From Lytechinus pictus (taxonomy: Eukaryota): a DNA stretch of 64,000 nt. A model generated the notes under the pieces. It had not been told where the DNA came from. It did no database searches and was given only the letters and a program-made list of their open reading frames with translations. Positions 27,340-40,778 of the stretch are shown here, one piece after another; within the stretch, counting starts at the first letter, position 1; every line of letters starts with the position of its first letter. Both the position numbers and the translations under genes were made by a program. Location of the stretch: positions 1,242,001 through 1,306,000 of the forward strand of contig NC_087246.1 in the NCBI RefSeq assembly GCF_037042905.1, read 5' to 3'.

Positions 27340-28144
27340 CTAGAATATGAACAAATTAGGTATTCGCAATAATAAAATTGGAAAAGCTATCATTTAAAAT
27401 ATGGGGGAAAAATTCTAGATGAGATGAATGAGCTGCAATTTTTTTTTTTACATTTTCTCCTTCCCATAATTTAGCCGATTTAGATCATGGTTTAAAGTTA
27501 AGCTAGACTTGAGAATATGGGTCATACATAATTACAATAATTCTGAAGGTTAAGATTTTAGTATTTGAATTTATTTTCAAAAGATATTGCAAATAATTTC
27601 GTTCAATTAGTGTGTATGATTTTTCTCTTATACTTTTTTTCTATCATTCATCCACATGATTAAACCAACTCCAGTTTACCTTGTTTCAGGGATGGCAATT
27701 GGAATAAATAGAAAATCCTGTGAATCATCTAGATTGAAGAAATTTGTACATTGAAATGTAATTTCTATGGCATCAAAATAAATTGATATAGTTTAACCTG
27801 AAAAGTGGCATGCCTGTTAAGTGTTAACAGGCTTTAATGCCAGTGCATAGCTGCTGTGTAATGAAAAGGCACGCAAGGAAGAATATAAAGTTGAACCTGT
27901 TCATATATATACATACACTAGAACAAACTGATTCATACAGAGGCTCTCATTCAGTCTTATGTTACAATATTCAATATATGTGTTCCATATAGTAATGGAA
28001 ACTACCCTCCGCCCCCTCTTCTAAAGAAATAGACGAAGCAAAAGTATAATCATCATCGTTGTTGAAGAATGATCTTATTGAGTTAATTGAATGGTACAGA
28101 GCAAAGTAGCCATTATCTTAGAAAGAAAACAAACAACCAAATAG

Positions 28145-28385
28145 ATATAGAGAGAGGATAGAGAAAAGAGAGATGAAGAGGGGAGAGCGAAAGAGAGAGA
28201 TGAAGAGGGGAGAGCGAAAGAGAGAGAGATGAAGAGGGGAGAGCGGAAGAGAGAGAGATGAAGAGGGGAGAGCGAGGGAGAGAGAGATGAAGATGGGAGA
28301 GAGAGAGATGAAGAGGAGAGAGCGAAAGAGAGAGAGATGAAGATGGGGAGAATGAAAGAGAGAGGGGATAGAAAAGGAAATAAAA
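28145..28385 (+). repeat. Polypurine (GA-rich) minisatellite
   Basis: Repeated GAGAGATGAAGAGGGGAGAGCG units. Confidence 0.85.
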
Positions 28386-29482
28386 AATGCTCAAATAGTA
28401 ATAACATGTATTTGAAGTGGAAAACTTGACATTCATTCCAAGTGTTCTGCATGCATAGATGTTAAAGACCCTAACATTATTCACACCATAAGAAAATTTT
28501 CTTCTTATAATGCAATGGTTAAATATATATAACTTCAGATAGTGTGTCAGCTCTACAGCAGTACTGGTAATTGTTTCTCAAAAACAACTTGAGGTTTGCA
28601 AAAAACTTTCCATAGGAGCCCTACATAAACACATTTAATAAAAAGAAACATTAAATCCATATATTTTTCCTTGTATAGTACAGTATACAGTAGAATACAT
28701 TATTCATAACATAATTTTATATAGTACATTGCAGAATTCAATAAATTAAACTTTGGTCTCAAATTTGTTCATCTAAAGAATATTTGACAGCACAAATAGT
28801 GAATAAATCAGTGATCATATATTAGAATGGGACAAAGTCAAGATACTGTAAAAATAATATCTGAGATGTTGATTGAAAACCACAAAATCCAACACCAGAA
28901 TTTACTTTTGACTCTTGTTTGAATTATACAACTTTTTACAATTTTAATACATAAGATATTGAGAACAAACTTATGTGAAAAGATAATTCATGTTGTACAT
29001 ACTCATCATGAGAGCTAATGGGGCATTGTGAGAAAGTTCAGTTCAATTGCAAATCAAGCAAAAGTCCCCAAATTTCGAAGTATAAGGAAGCGTTACAAGA
29101 AAGTTGAATTTCAACTAATCAACTACAAATTTGCATTTAATCAAGGATTTATGCTTGTATTTTGGGACTTGCCCTTAATGAATTAGATCCCCCTTTCAAA
29201 CTCTCAGGGCTTCTGAATTAAGTAATTAAATGAGCTGTGTCATCAAACACAATTTCTACACATGAAAAATAAAAGTATGCTTTAAAAAGTAACTTAAACT
29301 GATTATTCCCAGACAGTTATGAATGAATTTAGATCAATTTGTCTCACAATTGGCAATATGAATTTAAACAGTGACTTCAGATGACCACAGTTCAGAATAC
29401 AGGCCATTATCTTTCACTTCCATACTCATAGATTAGTAATAATGCTAATTGCTGATGGGTTACGATAGTCATTGGATTATTG

Positions 29483-29591
29483 GGTGCGACAATCGGCCGA
29501 TGATCCTCAGTTGATTGAGGTGCGACAATCGGCCGATGATCATCAGTTGATTGAGGTGCGACAATCGGCCGATGATCCTCAGTTGATTGGG
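29483..29591. repeat. 3 x 36-bp tandem repeat
   Basis: GGTGCGACAATCGGCCGATGATCCTCAGTTGATTGA starting at 29483, 29519 and 29555. Confidence 0.95.
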
Positions 29592-29639
29592 GTGGTCTTA
29601 ATGCTAGAGGTGTGTAGTATCATTGAGATCAGAGGGATT

Positions 29640-29673
29640 TCATAACTTACTTGACCATTGACTAGGATCAGAC
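29640..29673 (-). CDS. AIFM3: AIFM3-like, terminal coding exon
   Basis: TTCAG acceptor; SDPSQWSSKL*; phase matches the upstream exon. Confidence 0.75.
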
Positions 29674-30354
29674 CTGAAGAAAGATGAAAATATCAATTTC
29701 ATTTATTTATTTGATTTCAGGCAACAAGAAGTGGAATATGAATACAAAGGATTGTGAAATATTACATTCTATAAAACAAACTAGTTAAAATGACATTTGT
29801 AGTCACCTGTGTGAAACTGATATGTCCAGTCATATTCTTATTACTATATATATAGTAAAAAAAAAATGTGCTCTTGACAGATTCAAATAGAGAGTAATGA
29901 AATTTGACTGAAATAACAGATGCACCCAATGATCCTATCATCCAGTCACTTTCAATAAGTTGTTAAAGTGCACCATACAAGTAAAATGACAAAGAGTAAA
30001 ATACTATTAGCTAGCAGAGCTATGGAGAGTTCCATCATAAAACATCAAAGTCCTTGTGAAAATAATGCTTATATGAAAACAAAAGATATGACATGGTCCT
30101 GTTTTAACTTTTTATTCTAATTTAAACAAACCTTTCTAAATGGTTTGCACATATATTTCCCACGATATCAAGATGTGGGAATAAGTGTAATTATTCTTTC
30201 TTTTAAAGGTTACCAATTAGCAACTATGTGTAGAATAACTGAATGTAAATTTGATTTCTTGCTCAAGGACTTGACAGCCACTACATAAAATGCCAAATTT
30301 AAACATAGATCTCTTCAGCAAATAATATTGGATTATATTTGATTTTATACTCAC

Positions 30355-30459
30355 TGTATTTCTGATTTATTTAGTTCACTCCCACTTGCTAGCAGCTCGG
30401 CAAACTGTGAAACAATAGGGTCAGAGTTCATACTGGCCATGGCAACAACAATGTTGTCC
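30355..30459 (-). CDS. AIFM3: AIFM3-like exon (reductase C-terminal domain)
   Basis: DNIVVAMASMNSDPIVSQFAELLASGSELNKSEI; AG/GT sites; phase consistent. Confidence 0.9.
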
Positions 30460-30810
30460 CTATCGAAATGAAATGAAATATATATCGTCTAAGGGCTAAA
30501 TTTTTTAAATAAATCTTATAGGGCACAGCTTTACAATTATTAAAAGGAATTCAAAAGAGATTCTTTTACAGAACAAAATTGTTGCCCTTTTTTTCAGTAC
30601 AGAAATCATGATTTTTTTACCAGGATATTATGCAAAAATCTAGATGATTATCAGAAAAATTTCAAACAAACTTATTAAAATTAAAATAATAAAATTCTCA
30701 GTTAAAGGGAGGGAATGGCAAAGACTATTTGGACCCATTTGGATAAAAAAAAACAACATATATACATGAAAAATACTCATGATGTCATTATGAAACAAAC
30801 TCTGACTTAC

Positions 30811-30886
30811 TTGATGTAGTAAGCTACAAATTTGAGTTCATCTAGGTCACCAGTAACAACAACATCATCAAAGCCTTCATTGAATC
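30811..30886 (-). CDS. AIFM3: AIFM3-like exon
   Basis: FNEGFDDVVVTGDLDELKFVAYYI; AG/GT sites. Confidence 0.9.
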
Positions 30887-32188
30887 CTGATGGAAAGAGA
30901 AAGAAGATAGATATATATATAGAGAGAGTGTGTGAGAGGGGGGGGGGGAATGCAAAAAAAAATCATGCAAAAAAATTCCATAAAACAAAAACTAAAATCT
31001 TCAAGACCATGTCCACACTAACAGATTGATTTGATTGAAATGAAAGAAGATACAAAATATAACACTGAAAAGGTTTTCAGGGTCTCATTTCATAAAGATT
31101 TTAAAAATAAAAACCAAAAAAACAATTTCTAAAAAAAATTCAGCCAAACAGATTGAAAGCTGCTTTTGTTTCAATTGTTATTGCAAATTTGTTATTATGA
31201 TGACTTTTATGAAACGGGGCCCCAGATTCAGTTGCACACGCAAGAAAGCTATGAAAAGTTGTTATTTTTTTCAGAAAAAGGTATACAGTATAATACATTT
31301 CAGCATGAAAATGAAGGAGCTGAAAAAGTCATACTTCTTTTTTTCTTTATTCAATGAAGTTATAAATGTTTCGATTTTTCCCAAATAATGTAAATCACCT
31401 CTTTACCCCTTAAAAACTATTATCATTTTAAACAATCATGATTCAATGGAAAGCATATTTATCATTATTTATGGAAATTTCTATTAAAACATCAAAATTC
31501 TCGTGTGTGTCATCATTGACTTTCCATTTATACATAATCATATTTTATGTTCAATGTTTTATGAGGGAAATGTTAAACTGAAAAATGCAACAACCTCTTT
31601 ATTACAAATCAAATCTTGATAAACTATCACTGTTCTTGCTTTATTATTGTTATTTTTGTAATTCTTATCAACGTGATATCTTCGAGGACTTGGTTTTTTC
31701 AACGATAAGGAGTGATTGTGATATCTATAATAAATTAGACTTAGTCAACTATGACGGCCATAAAAGAGCTCGACGAGCTATCATGTCAGCGAGACAATAT
31801 GAAACATTTTTTTTTCATCGTTTCACGTTTACTTTTAGAGGGATGAAGCAATACCCTACTTACTGCCATGGTTTTGAATTCTAAAATCAAATTTTAGAAG
31901 GCAAAATAGCAGACAGATATTGCCTTGCCTACTCTCTGATCTCGCTCTATTTACAGGTGGCAGGTATTTTGATTGGGGAGGGGGTAGCCACATTATATAC
32001 AAGTGACTTAATTTTTTCTTTCAATGAAAAATGGGGGCATTTTATAGCTCCAAAATAATCTAATTCATTCCTTCCAATACTCTTCTTTCTCCTTCCTCTT
32101 TACTTCAAATAAATCTCCTGTTTAGTTTTTTTAATGTGGATCATCAACGCCCTGACCTCAACATTAAAAAAAAATTATTCTTTCTTAC

Positions 32189-32287
32189 CTGCATATCTGA
32201 CACTTTTGCCGAAAATCTGAGTCCAGAAAAATGGGATTGTTTCTATCTCAACTTTCTGATCTAGCATATTGAGTGCTGCTACACGAC
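32189..32287 (-). CDS. AIFM3: AIFM3-like exon
   Basis: GRVAALNMLDQKVEIETIPFFWTQIFGKSVRYAG (PFFWT...RYAG motif); continues in phase from the exon ending at 61385. Confidence 0.93.
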
Positions 32288-32416
32288 CTGGAAGACAAAA
32301 ACAATGGAGAAATCATGATACACAAGTTCCTATTGATTTTTTAAAATCCAAAGTTATAACAAAAAATATGATAAATCATGAGAATAGGGAGCAAATCCCG
32401 CCATTTCGATGTTTAA

Positions 32417-33018
32417 AGGACAAGTCCACCCCCACCAAAAATTGGTTTGAATAAAAAGAGAAAAATCCAACAAGCATAACACTAAAAATTTCATCAAAAT
32501 CGGATGTAAAATAAGAAAGTTATGACATTTTAAAGTTTCGCTTAATTTCACAAAACAGTTATATGCACATCCTGGTCGGTATGCAAATGAGGAGACTGAT
32601 GATGTCATCCACTCTATTTCTTTTTGTATTTTATTATGTGAAATATGAAATATTATAATTTTCTCCACATTGCCAAGTGAAACAACGATTAATTCCTCCC
32701 TGAACACGTGGAATTAGCATTGTTTAATATTATATAGTTCAGTCAAGTTGGTCCGTATTGTCAAATTTGTAAAAAATGTAATATTGTCTGATTCAAACAA
32801 TAAATAACAAAAGAAATAGTGAGTGATGGACATCATCGGCTGACTCATTTGCATGTCACTGAGTTGTGCATATCACTGTTTTGTGAAAAATAAGCAAAAC
32901 TTTAAAATGCCATAACTTTCTTATTTTACATCCGATTTTGATGAAATTTTCAGCTTTATGCTAGTTTGATTTTTCTCTATTTATTCAAATCAACATTTTT
33001 CTGGGGTGGACTTGACCT
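32417..33018 (-). mobile_element. Kolobok-like MITE, family 1, copy 3
   Basis: TTAA TSDs at 32413-32416 and 33019-33022; TIRs. Confidence 0.88.
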
Positions 33019-33979
33019 TTAAGAAAGAATACGTGGTTTGTCGCCACAAAATAATAGTGGGTCACACCTGCATAAAACGAGGAGCCATGTGAGCAGAAAA
33101 GGGGATGAGAGTGTAGAGAACACTTAATCCAATCAACTTCGCGATCAACTTTCAGATGTATTCTGAGAAAAGGGGCAATAATTGGCAACCTGAGCCTAAA
33201 TTCCTCTACAGAACTTAATTATTGTGCGTTACAAATGTCAGGTCCATTTTAACTGCTAGCTTAATTTGTTCCTCCAATCTCCTACTCTGCTGGTATTATG
33301 TTCCAGTATATGTTTTTTTTTTCAAATTGCCCCATCTCTCCAATTACTTTAGTATCTTATTTTCACATTTTGGCTAAATTTTGAACGGCAATCACATCAA
33401 AATAAACATCTCAAAGTGATGAAAATTGAGTTAGCTGACAAGTTTCAACAATTGGTCGATTAAAACGAAAACCAGAGATATAATAGCTTATTATTGAACA
33501 TTTCTCAGGATAACCAATTAGGTGCCTGGGAAAAACCACCGTCTCTGCAACTTCATCAACTTCCATCATACAACTCTGACTTGTCTCAAGGTACAAGAGA
33601 TTTACGACGCTTACTGAAATGAAGATCGGCGGTGGTAGGGGGTGGGGGTATACTAAGGTATACTTAACAGCTCATAAAACAAGGTTAAATGTGAATGTTC
33701 TCGAAAATGACCAGTCTGTCTCCTGCCTCTATTCTCATGTTGGGGGTATGCCATAAACTGCCTGTTGATAAATGATTCACAGAACAGACGCCATTGAGGC
33801 ACCTATGCCTCGAGATCGACAGAAAAACCCGATTTGTCCGAAAAGTTTGAGATTTTTCCAAAAAATATCTTAATCTTACAAACGAAAAATATAATTTCCT
33901 TGTACCATGGAGCTACTTCTACCATGGGCCCACATGGTTGTACCCTAGAGCTATAGCTCTATGGTTGTACACTCGCTGA

Positions 33980-34370
33980 CAGGGGCGTAATATGAGGCAA
34001 AAATTCTGAGGTGGCATATCACGGCCTATGCAGGCGCGGATCCAGGGGGGCACAGGGGGCACGTGCCCCCCTTTTGAGAAGCAAAATTTAAAATTTGTAA
34101 TGTAAAAATGCCATTAAAACATAGGTGTGCCCCCTCTTTATAAATTGAAGACTTTTTTTTTCTTGTCAAATTTTTTTCGGGTACGAAATACCCTTACTTT
34201 GTGGTTGAAAACTTTTTTTTTTGCTTGTCAAATTTTTTTCGGGTACGAAATATCCTTAATTTGTGGTTGAAAACCTTTTTTTTTTTTTTTTTTTTTTTTT
34301 TGGGGGAGGGGGGGGCTTGTAAAAAATTCCCTCCGAAAAATTTGCCCCCCCCCTTTGGAAAATGTGGGGG
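33980..34370. mobile_element. Clustered hAT-like MITE fragments
   Basis: CAGGGGCGTA and CAGGCGCGGATCCAGGGGG starts, G/C runs and an internal ~57-bp duplication; ends not resolved. Confidence 0.45.
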
Positions 34371-35344
34371 GAATTTCTAAAAACTAAAAGGTCGCGAGCG
34401 ATGGAAAGTGAGTGCATGAGCAGAGATGTCCTTTTTAAAATGAAAATCAAATTTTGTGAAAAATAGACATATTAATATTTAACAAATAATATAATTCCAC
34501 CCGTTTCCCTTTCCTTTTATTTTTCTCCTTTCTGTTCTTGACCTTGGAAATTTCGGGGATGGGGCAGAGCCCCCAAGGCCGCCAACCCCCTTGGTCGCTG
34601 AACCATGCAGGCGTAACCACTATTTAAATACTTTCATTAAACATCATTACTATTACAACATGAAGAAACTGGAATAAAAACCAATTGTGAACAAAACCTT
34701 AATTTAACAATGTAGCTAGGCCTTTATTACTCAGAACAGAATGTAAACTAGGACGAATGTGAAACGGGCCACATTCCGAAGTATAAATCACCAAAGATCC
34801 CGCTACGCTGAATTAGGTAACAAACAATCTATCATTGTTTCCTAACGCAAAGCAATTCTTACGAAATGTACAATTGCATCCATCCCAACGACTGATTGTA
34901 CCCATAAAGCAGAACCATGGCAGAACTATGGAATAACAATGTTACGAGGTCTATCAGCATCAAATTAAACCCATGTCCCTAAAATTTAACTAAAAATCCC
35001 TTGATTGCTAAAAAAGGGCTTTATTTTGGGGAAGAAACAGTGAACCACGCTATAAGAGGGTACGTCAGAAAGATATACCTCGATGCCTATGGGGTACGTG
35101 GATTACCTTGTAATTTTATAAGTCGTATTGCGCAACATCTCGTTCACTCTTTCTTTCTCTCTCCCTCTCTCTCAAATGACACGCTTTAATACGTAAAACC
35201 ACTGCAGATCTTGAAGCACATGTGTATAATAATTTGCAAGTGCATGGCCCACAACCAAAATACACAATCGCTAACGTTATTAAACACGCAATATCAACGC
35301 GGTGTCATCAGTGTCTTAGCGCGAGCTGAAGTAAAAGTAACCCA

Positions 35345-36420
35345 GGTAAAAAAACCAGTTGAAACCAATTGAAATTTTAACTGGTTTCAACTGGAGTCAA
35401 CTGGTACCAGTTGAAACCAATTGGCACAACTGGTAAACTCCCACCATGCCAGTATATTCCAGTTGAAACCCATTGTCCCAACTGGACATGCTGAAAACAT
35501 ACAAGTTTATTCCAGTTGAAACCAATTAACTATACTGGTATAAATTAGTACACCAGTTAATACCAGTTAAAACCAATAGGCCTTTCTGGTTTATCTACCA
35601 ATAGATTCCAGTTTAAAACCCATTAGCCAAACTGGACCATTTGATGCCAGTTGGAACCCATAGAAACCCAATGGGTGTATATACCAGTTAATGCCACCTT
35701 AAACCCATAAACCATACTGGTATATCATTAAACCAATTGATACCAGTTAGAACCAACATGCATTACTGGTATACCTACCAGTTGATTCCAGTTAAAACCC
35801 ATAAACCAAACTGGATCAGAGTGTTCCAGTTGGAACCCATAGACCTCCCATAACCCCACTTGAAACCCATTAACCATACTGGAATATCAAACCAATGGAT
35901 ACCAGTTAGAACCAATATAGGCATTACTGGCATATCTACCAGCTGATTCCAGTTAAAAGCCATAAACCATACTGGAGCAGATTATACCAGTTGGAACCCA
36001 TATACCTCCCATAACCCACTAGAAACCCATTAACCATACTGGAATTTCAAACCAATTATTGATACCAGTTAAACCAGCATACATTACTGGTATACTACCA
36101 GCTGATTCCAGTTAAAACCCATAAACCAAACTGGAACATATTTTACCAGTTGGAACCCATAGACCTCCCATAACCCACTTGAAACCCATTAACCACACTG
36201 GAATATCAAACCAATTGATACCAGTTAGAACCAATAGGCATTACCAGTATATATCTACCAGCTGATTTCAGCTAAAACCCATAAATTAAACTGGGACATA
36301 TTTTACCAGTTGGAACCCATAGACCTCCCATAACCCACTTGAAACCCATTTACCATACTGGAATATCAAACCAAATGATACCAGTCAGAACCAATAGGAC
36401 TTACCAGTTGATTCTAGTAA
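35345..36420 (+). repeat. Left subterminal array of CCAGTT/ACTGG motifs with a ~160-bp higher-order unit
   Basis: CCAGTTGGAACCCATAGACCTCCCATAACCCACT recurs at ~35826, 35987, 36146 and 36306. Confidence 0.9.
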
Positions 36421-37879
36421 GAACCCGTATATACATATATAATATATACATATATATATATGTATATTAGAGGCATAGTGGTAATGCATTGTCCTTATTT
36501 CCAACAGAGTTTATATATATATAAATATATATATTATATAAGAACTATGTTTTCATACCTTTGTTGTTTTATTTGTCGCTTCTCTTAAACTGTAACTGAC
36601 TTTTGAAATATTTTTGTAATTGTTGATATCTGCAGTAATCATTCAAATTTCTTATCCGACAAGTCACTGGCTCAATATAGCTGTAACCCACTTTACATTA
36701 ATATTTATATTTTTTGTACAGATCATATTACTTCAAAGTCCTCTTATCTTTGTTTTTAATTCCTTTTGAGATAATTCTTTATGATTATCATTCATTAATG
36801 TGTTTCCTATAACTATTATTATTGTTACCATCAACAAAGCGTTACTTTTCTTTAAAAAAAGCAAGTATTATTTCATACAATCCACTCTTTAATCTACATG
36901 TATTGTTATTCATTCAACATTGGTTAAATATATATTTATGTGAAAATGTTCATTATGTTAAAGGTATATACATTTAGCCTACTCCCAACCTTTGCCCGTT
37001 CCTGCTTTTGACATTACTCCCCCCCCCCCTCCCTGTATACTTTGTATCCCCTTTCCAATATTATACATTAGTATACTTTGTTATTTTTTTGTTGCTTATT
37101 TGTTTACTGAAATTTTGCTCTGTACAAATTCATGTAATTCAGCCTTTTACCACAATAAATGCCATGCATTTATCCATCCTATACACAGCTCGATTGAGGA
37201 CAAGAGGAAAAAAATATCTACATAATAACTAACTTAATTATTCTTTATGTTAATTTTAATATTTCCACCTTGAAAAGTTTCATTAAAGTATGTGGTTCGA
37301 TATTACCATATAACTTAAATCGAAACATGTTATTCTCAGTGAAATTTTCTAGTTTACATTTAAAAAATTGTTATCCTAGATATTTGTTGCGAGAAAAAAT
37401 TTTCTTCCTATTTAATCCCTTTTTGTAATTTACGTTAAAGAGGACTATTTTACACTATTTTTACAAATCATATAAAAATTAATGTATTTTTCTTTTTTTA
37501 ACTCACTGATATTTTAAAAATATTTTTGAAGGTGAATAGAATAGCTATTTTTTTCTATTTATAACGCGCATATTTATTGCTAGTTTACAACCTTGCCATG
37601 TTAAGCAAGGCTATCTTTATCTTTCAAAGAAAAAGAAAATAAATAAAATATAAATAAAGAACAAATATTAAGCTAATTCATTCTTAAACTTTCAAAGAAA
37701 AAAAAAAGCTCCAAAAGCAGAGGCAAAAATCGTCATTTCTTGACTGGTTGCCAACCAAAACCAAACAAGAAGAAATGTTTATGTTAAGAAGTTCGTATAT
37801 CTATTTTAAAACTTCTTTCTTGCTTTAGACCCCCCCCCCCCCCCTTCGTTATTCCTGACTCAGCAGATCTTCCTTCAAT

Positions 37880-38060
37880 CACCGTGCCGGGCGCGGGCGG
37901 GCCTGCGCATGCGCACTGAGTGCCACTGATCGCTATCGTCCGTATAATTATGCAAATTAACCAGCGCCGCCGCGCCAAACGCAAACCGCCAATCTAATTT
38001 GAATTTGAAAGCTGTTTGAAAGAGCCATCTTCGCGCCGTTAATTTGCACCGCACTTTTAT
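37880..38060 (+). promoter_or_regulatory. CpG-rich promoter inside the transposon
   Basis: GC box GGGCGGG, perfect NRF1-type palindrome TGCGCATGCGCA (37904-37915), octamer ATGCAAAT (37950-37957), CCAAT (37989); followed by a CAG|GTAAGT donor at 38184. Confidence 0.65.
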
Positions 38061-38749
38061 CGAGTGCTAGTGCGATGAAGAAGGGTAAAGAAGGCCGTTT
38101 TAATAATAATTCAACCACTGAAATCACACGGACCAGATTTGGACAATGACTTGAAAGCTAAGACATTCGCAGTAGGCTCTACAGGTAAGTTAACAATTTT
38201 CTATGATTTTCTTTTCGTAGTTTGTTAAATGGCGCGGCTCGCAGCTAGCTGCGGGGCTAGCTGTAACGTTAGAGTTCGTCAGGACATCCTGTTACTGCCC
38301 CTCAGCGCTGCCTGCCGGCCGCGACTAGCCGGGCGTGGATGTGTGGCTGCCATGCCGGTGCAAGTCTGCGCACATACATCATATTGACCTTACGATTTGT
38401 GTTAAGATTTAACATGAATTTCTTTTTATTTCACAAAATCTTTCAGTTGATATTGTTCCATATATTGTTATAAGTAAATGAGAGAGATATGTGATCGAAT
38501 GTGAAACTGATTTTCTTGGTCTTGGAAAAAATCTGAGACTCAGCCAGTTATGATTTTCAATTTCAGATTTAACATTATGATAGTGGCCAGCGCCTCGTGT
38601 CTGCGCACCAATCACTTTACACACGATTTGAGGATTTTGATGAGATTTTGAAATGCCGAAAATCGAAATTCATTATTTTTTCCACCATTTTAAGAGTCTG
38701 ATTTTTTCATGAATAGCTGTTTATCACTTTTTGACTGTGTATTTCAGGA

Positions 38750-38912
38750 GAGAGGGAGACCCAAAACCACCTGGAGTCATACTGAGCCTCGAGGAGGAGA
38801 TGAAGTCAGTGAACATGACCTGGGGTACCGGTAGTTTCCAGAAGAAGGCCCAGCTCAGAACCGCCAGGAGTGGAGATCCGAATACTTCGTTGCTGCCCTC
38901 CATATGAGGAGG
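38750..38912 (+). mobile_element. RTE-clade LINE ORF C-terminal fragment
   Basis: Piecewise translation RGRPKTTW..EEEMKSVNMTWG..QKKAQ..NRQEWRS..FVAALH, broken by small insertions. Confidence 0.6.
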
Positions 38913-39396
38913 CTGTAAGTTAGGTAATTCAGATGTCAAGTTTTCTTTTGGGGTCTTTGTTTATCTTCTATTATGAGAATTATGGAAAAGAGATGGTGAT
39001 TTAATGGTTTTAAAGATGTAAAATATGAAATTCTAGCACTTTTTTTAGGCCTAATATGAGTTCGGACACCCTACTTATAATTTTTTTTTGAGGAGCACGA
39101 TATTTTTGTACATGACCCAAGCCTAGTTTCACCACAGATTAATTAATAGCTACACAGCTGTTGCATTTACAATTTTAATAACAATCTACAACAATTGAGC
39201 ATTTTATAAAATTGAGTGTGTCTAGGAAAGCAAATTCGGAGGCATAAGGAGAGCCATTTATTGAGCTCCATGGAATTATAAACATGAAGGACTGATCTCT
39301 GCGACATCGATTTCAGAAGTATTCCCAAGACCAAGTGAACTTACTCATTTTTTAAATAAATATGATGATGTGCTGTTTATCATTATAGTTGAATCA

Positions 39397-40480
39397 TTGA
39401 TTCACAATCCCATGTATTTTTCTTAATGTGCAAATGGAATTTTACAACACTCTGTAGTAACCCTTGCCCGCCTTAGGTGTAGACATGTATTGCTATTCAC
39501 TGTAATATAGACGTATTTTTATTCACTGTTCACTGTAATATAGACGTATTTTTATTCACTGTTCACTGTACTGATTATTTTTCTCTCCATTGTTTAAAAA
39601 AAAATTATTCAGATACATCGCATCTACCAGCAAAGAACGTGTGCCAGTACAGGGAAGGAATGTACCTGTCGCACGTGAACTCTTCAGAGGCAGTGAGGAC
39701 AACAAGATCTGCAAGCAAGTGATCCTTTTTGTAAGAAAATTTCCAATTTGTACATTTCACAATTAATTTTTTTTTAAGCCTTTGTACACATTTAGAGTAT
39801 CAAGGCTTACAAAATGTAAAAATTAAATGTTTGCCCAAAAATCATTATGGGAAAGGTGGATTTCCGAGGGAAATCTATCTTTGTTTACACAGTTGTACGA
39901 GCAACCTTATAGGAGGCTTGTCTAGGCTCCGTGATGAAAATACAATGTAAAAATTGATTCACAATCCCATATATTTTTCTTAAAGTGCAAATGGAATTTT
40001 ACAACACTCTGTAGTAACCCTTGCCCGCCTTAGGTGTAGACATGTATTGCTATTCACTGTAATATATACGTATTTGTTATTCGCTGTTGTTCACTGTACT
40101 GATTATTTTTCTCTCCATTGTTTTTGAAAAAAATTCTTCAGATACATCGCATCTACCAGCAAAGAATGTGTGCCAGTAGAGGAAAGGAATGTACCTGTCG
40201 CACGTGAACTCTTCAGAGGCAGTGAGGACAAGATCTGCAAGCAAGTGATCCTTTTTGTAAGAAAATTTCCAATTTGTACATTTTACAATTAATTTTTTTT
40301 AAAGCCTTTGTACACATTTAGAGTATCAAGGCTTACAAAATGTAAAAATTTAATGTTTGCCCAAAAATCATTATGGGAAAGGTGGATTTCCGAGGGAAAT
40401 CCATCTTTGTTCACACAGTTGTACGAGCAACCTTATAGAAGGCTTGTCTAGGCTCCGTGATGAAAATACAATGTAAAAAT
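39397..40480 (+). repeat. Tandem duplication with a ~557-bp period; diverged third copy at ~41697-42050
   Basis: TTGATTCACAATCCCAT starts at ~39397 and ~39954, followed by near-identical sequence. Confidence 0.92.
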
Positions 40481-40778
40481 GATAAAATTATCTTCATGGA
40501 GTCCTCTAGGCTAGCCAGTGACATGGGCCCATGCCCATCAATTTTAATTCATGCTTTTGCATAACCAAATGGCGTGAATTTGGAACTGGAAGTATAATTT
40601 CAGATTGACCTCCGAAATGAAACGTGCACAATTAGTCTGAACTAAAATAACATTTCCTGAATTTTTTCTTAAATCTGGAGGCTGAAGTATTTTTTTATCT
40701 TTGAAATTAAATTGGTTCTCGTTGTTTTTTACCTCTGACTTACCAGTATGTGTGGGGGTACCGTAGAAGTAGAATTAA

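Noticed and set aside
29483..29591. 36-bp repeats of CRISPR-like length
   Set aside because: Head-to-tail with no spacers, eukaryotic context, no cas genes.
32354..32707. ORF MFREELIVVSL..., repeated at 46342
   Set aside because: Chance frame in Kolobok-like MITE copies; not maintained between copies.
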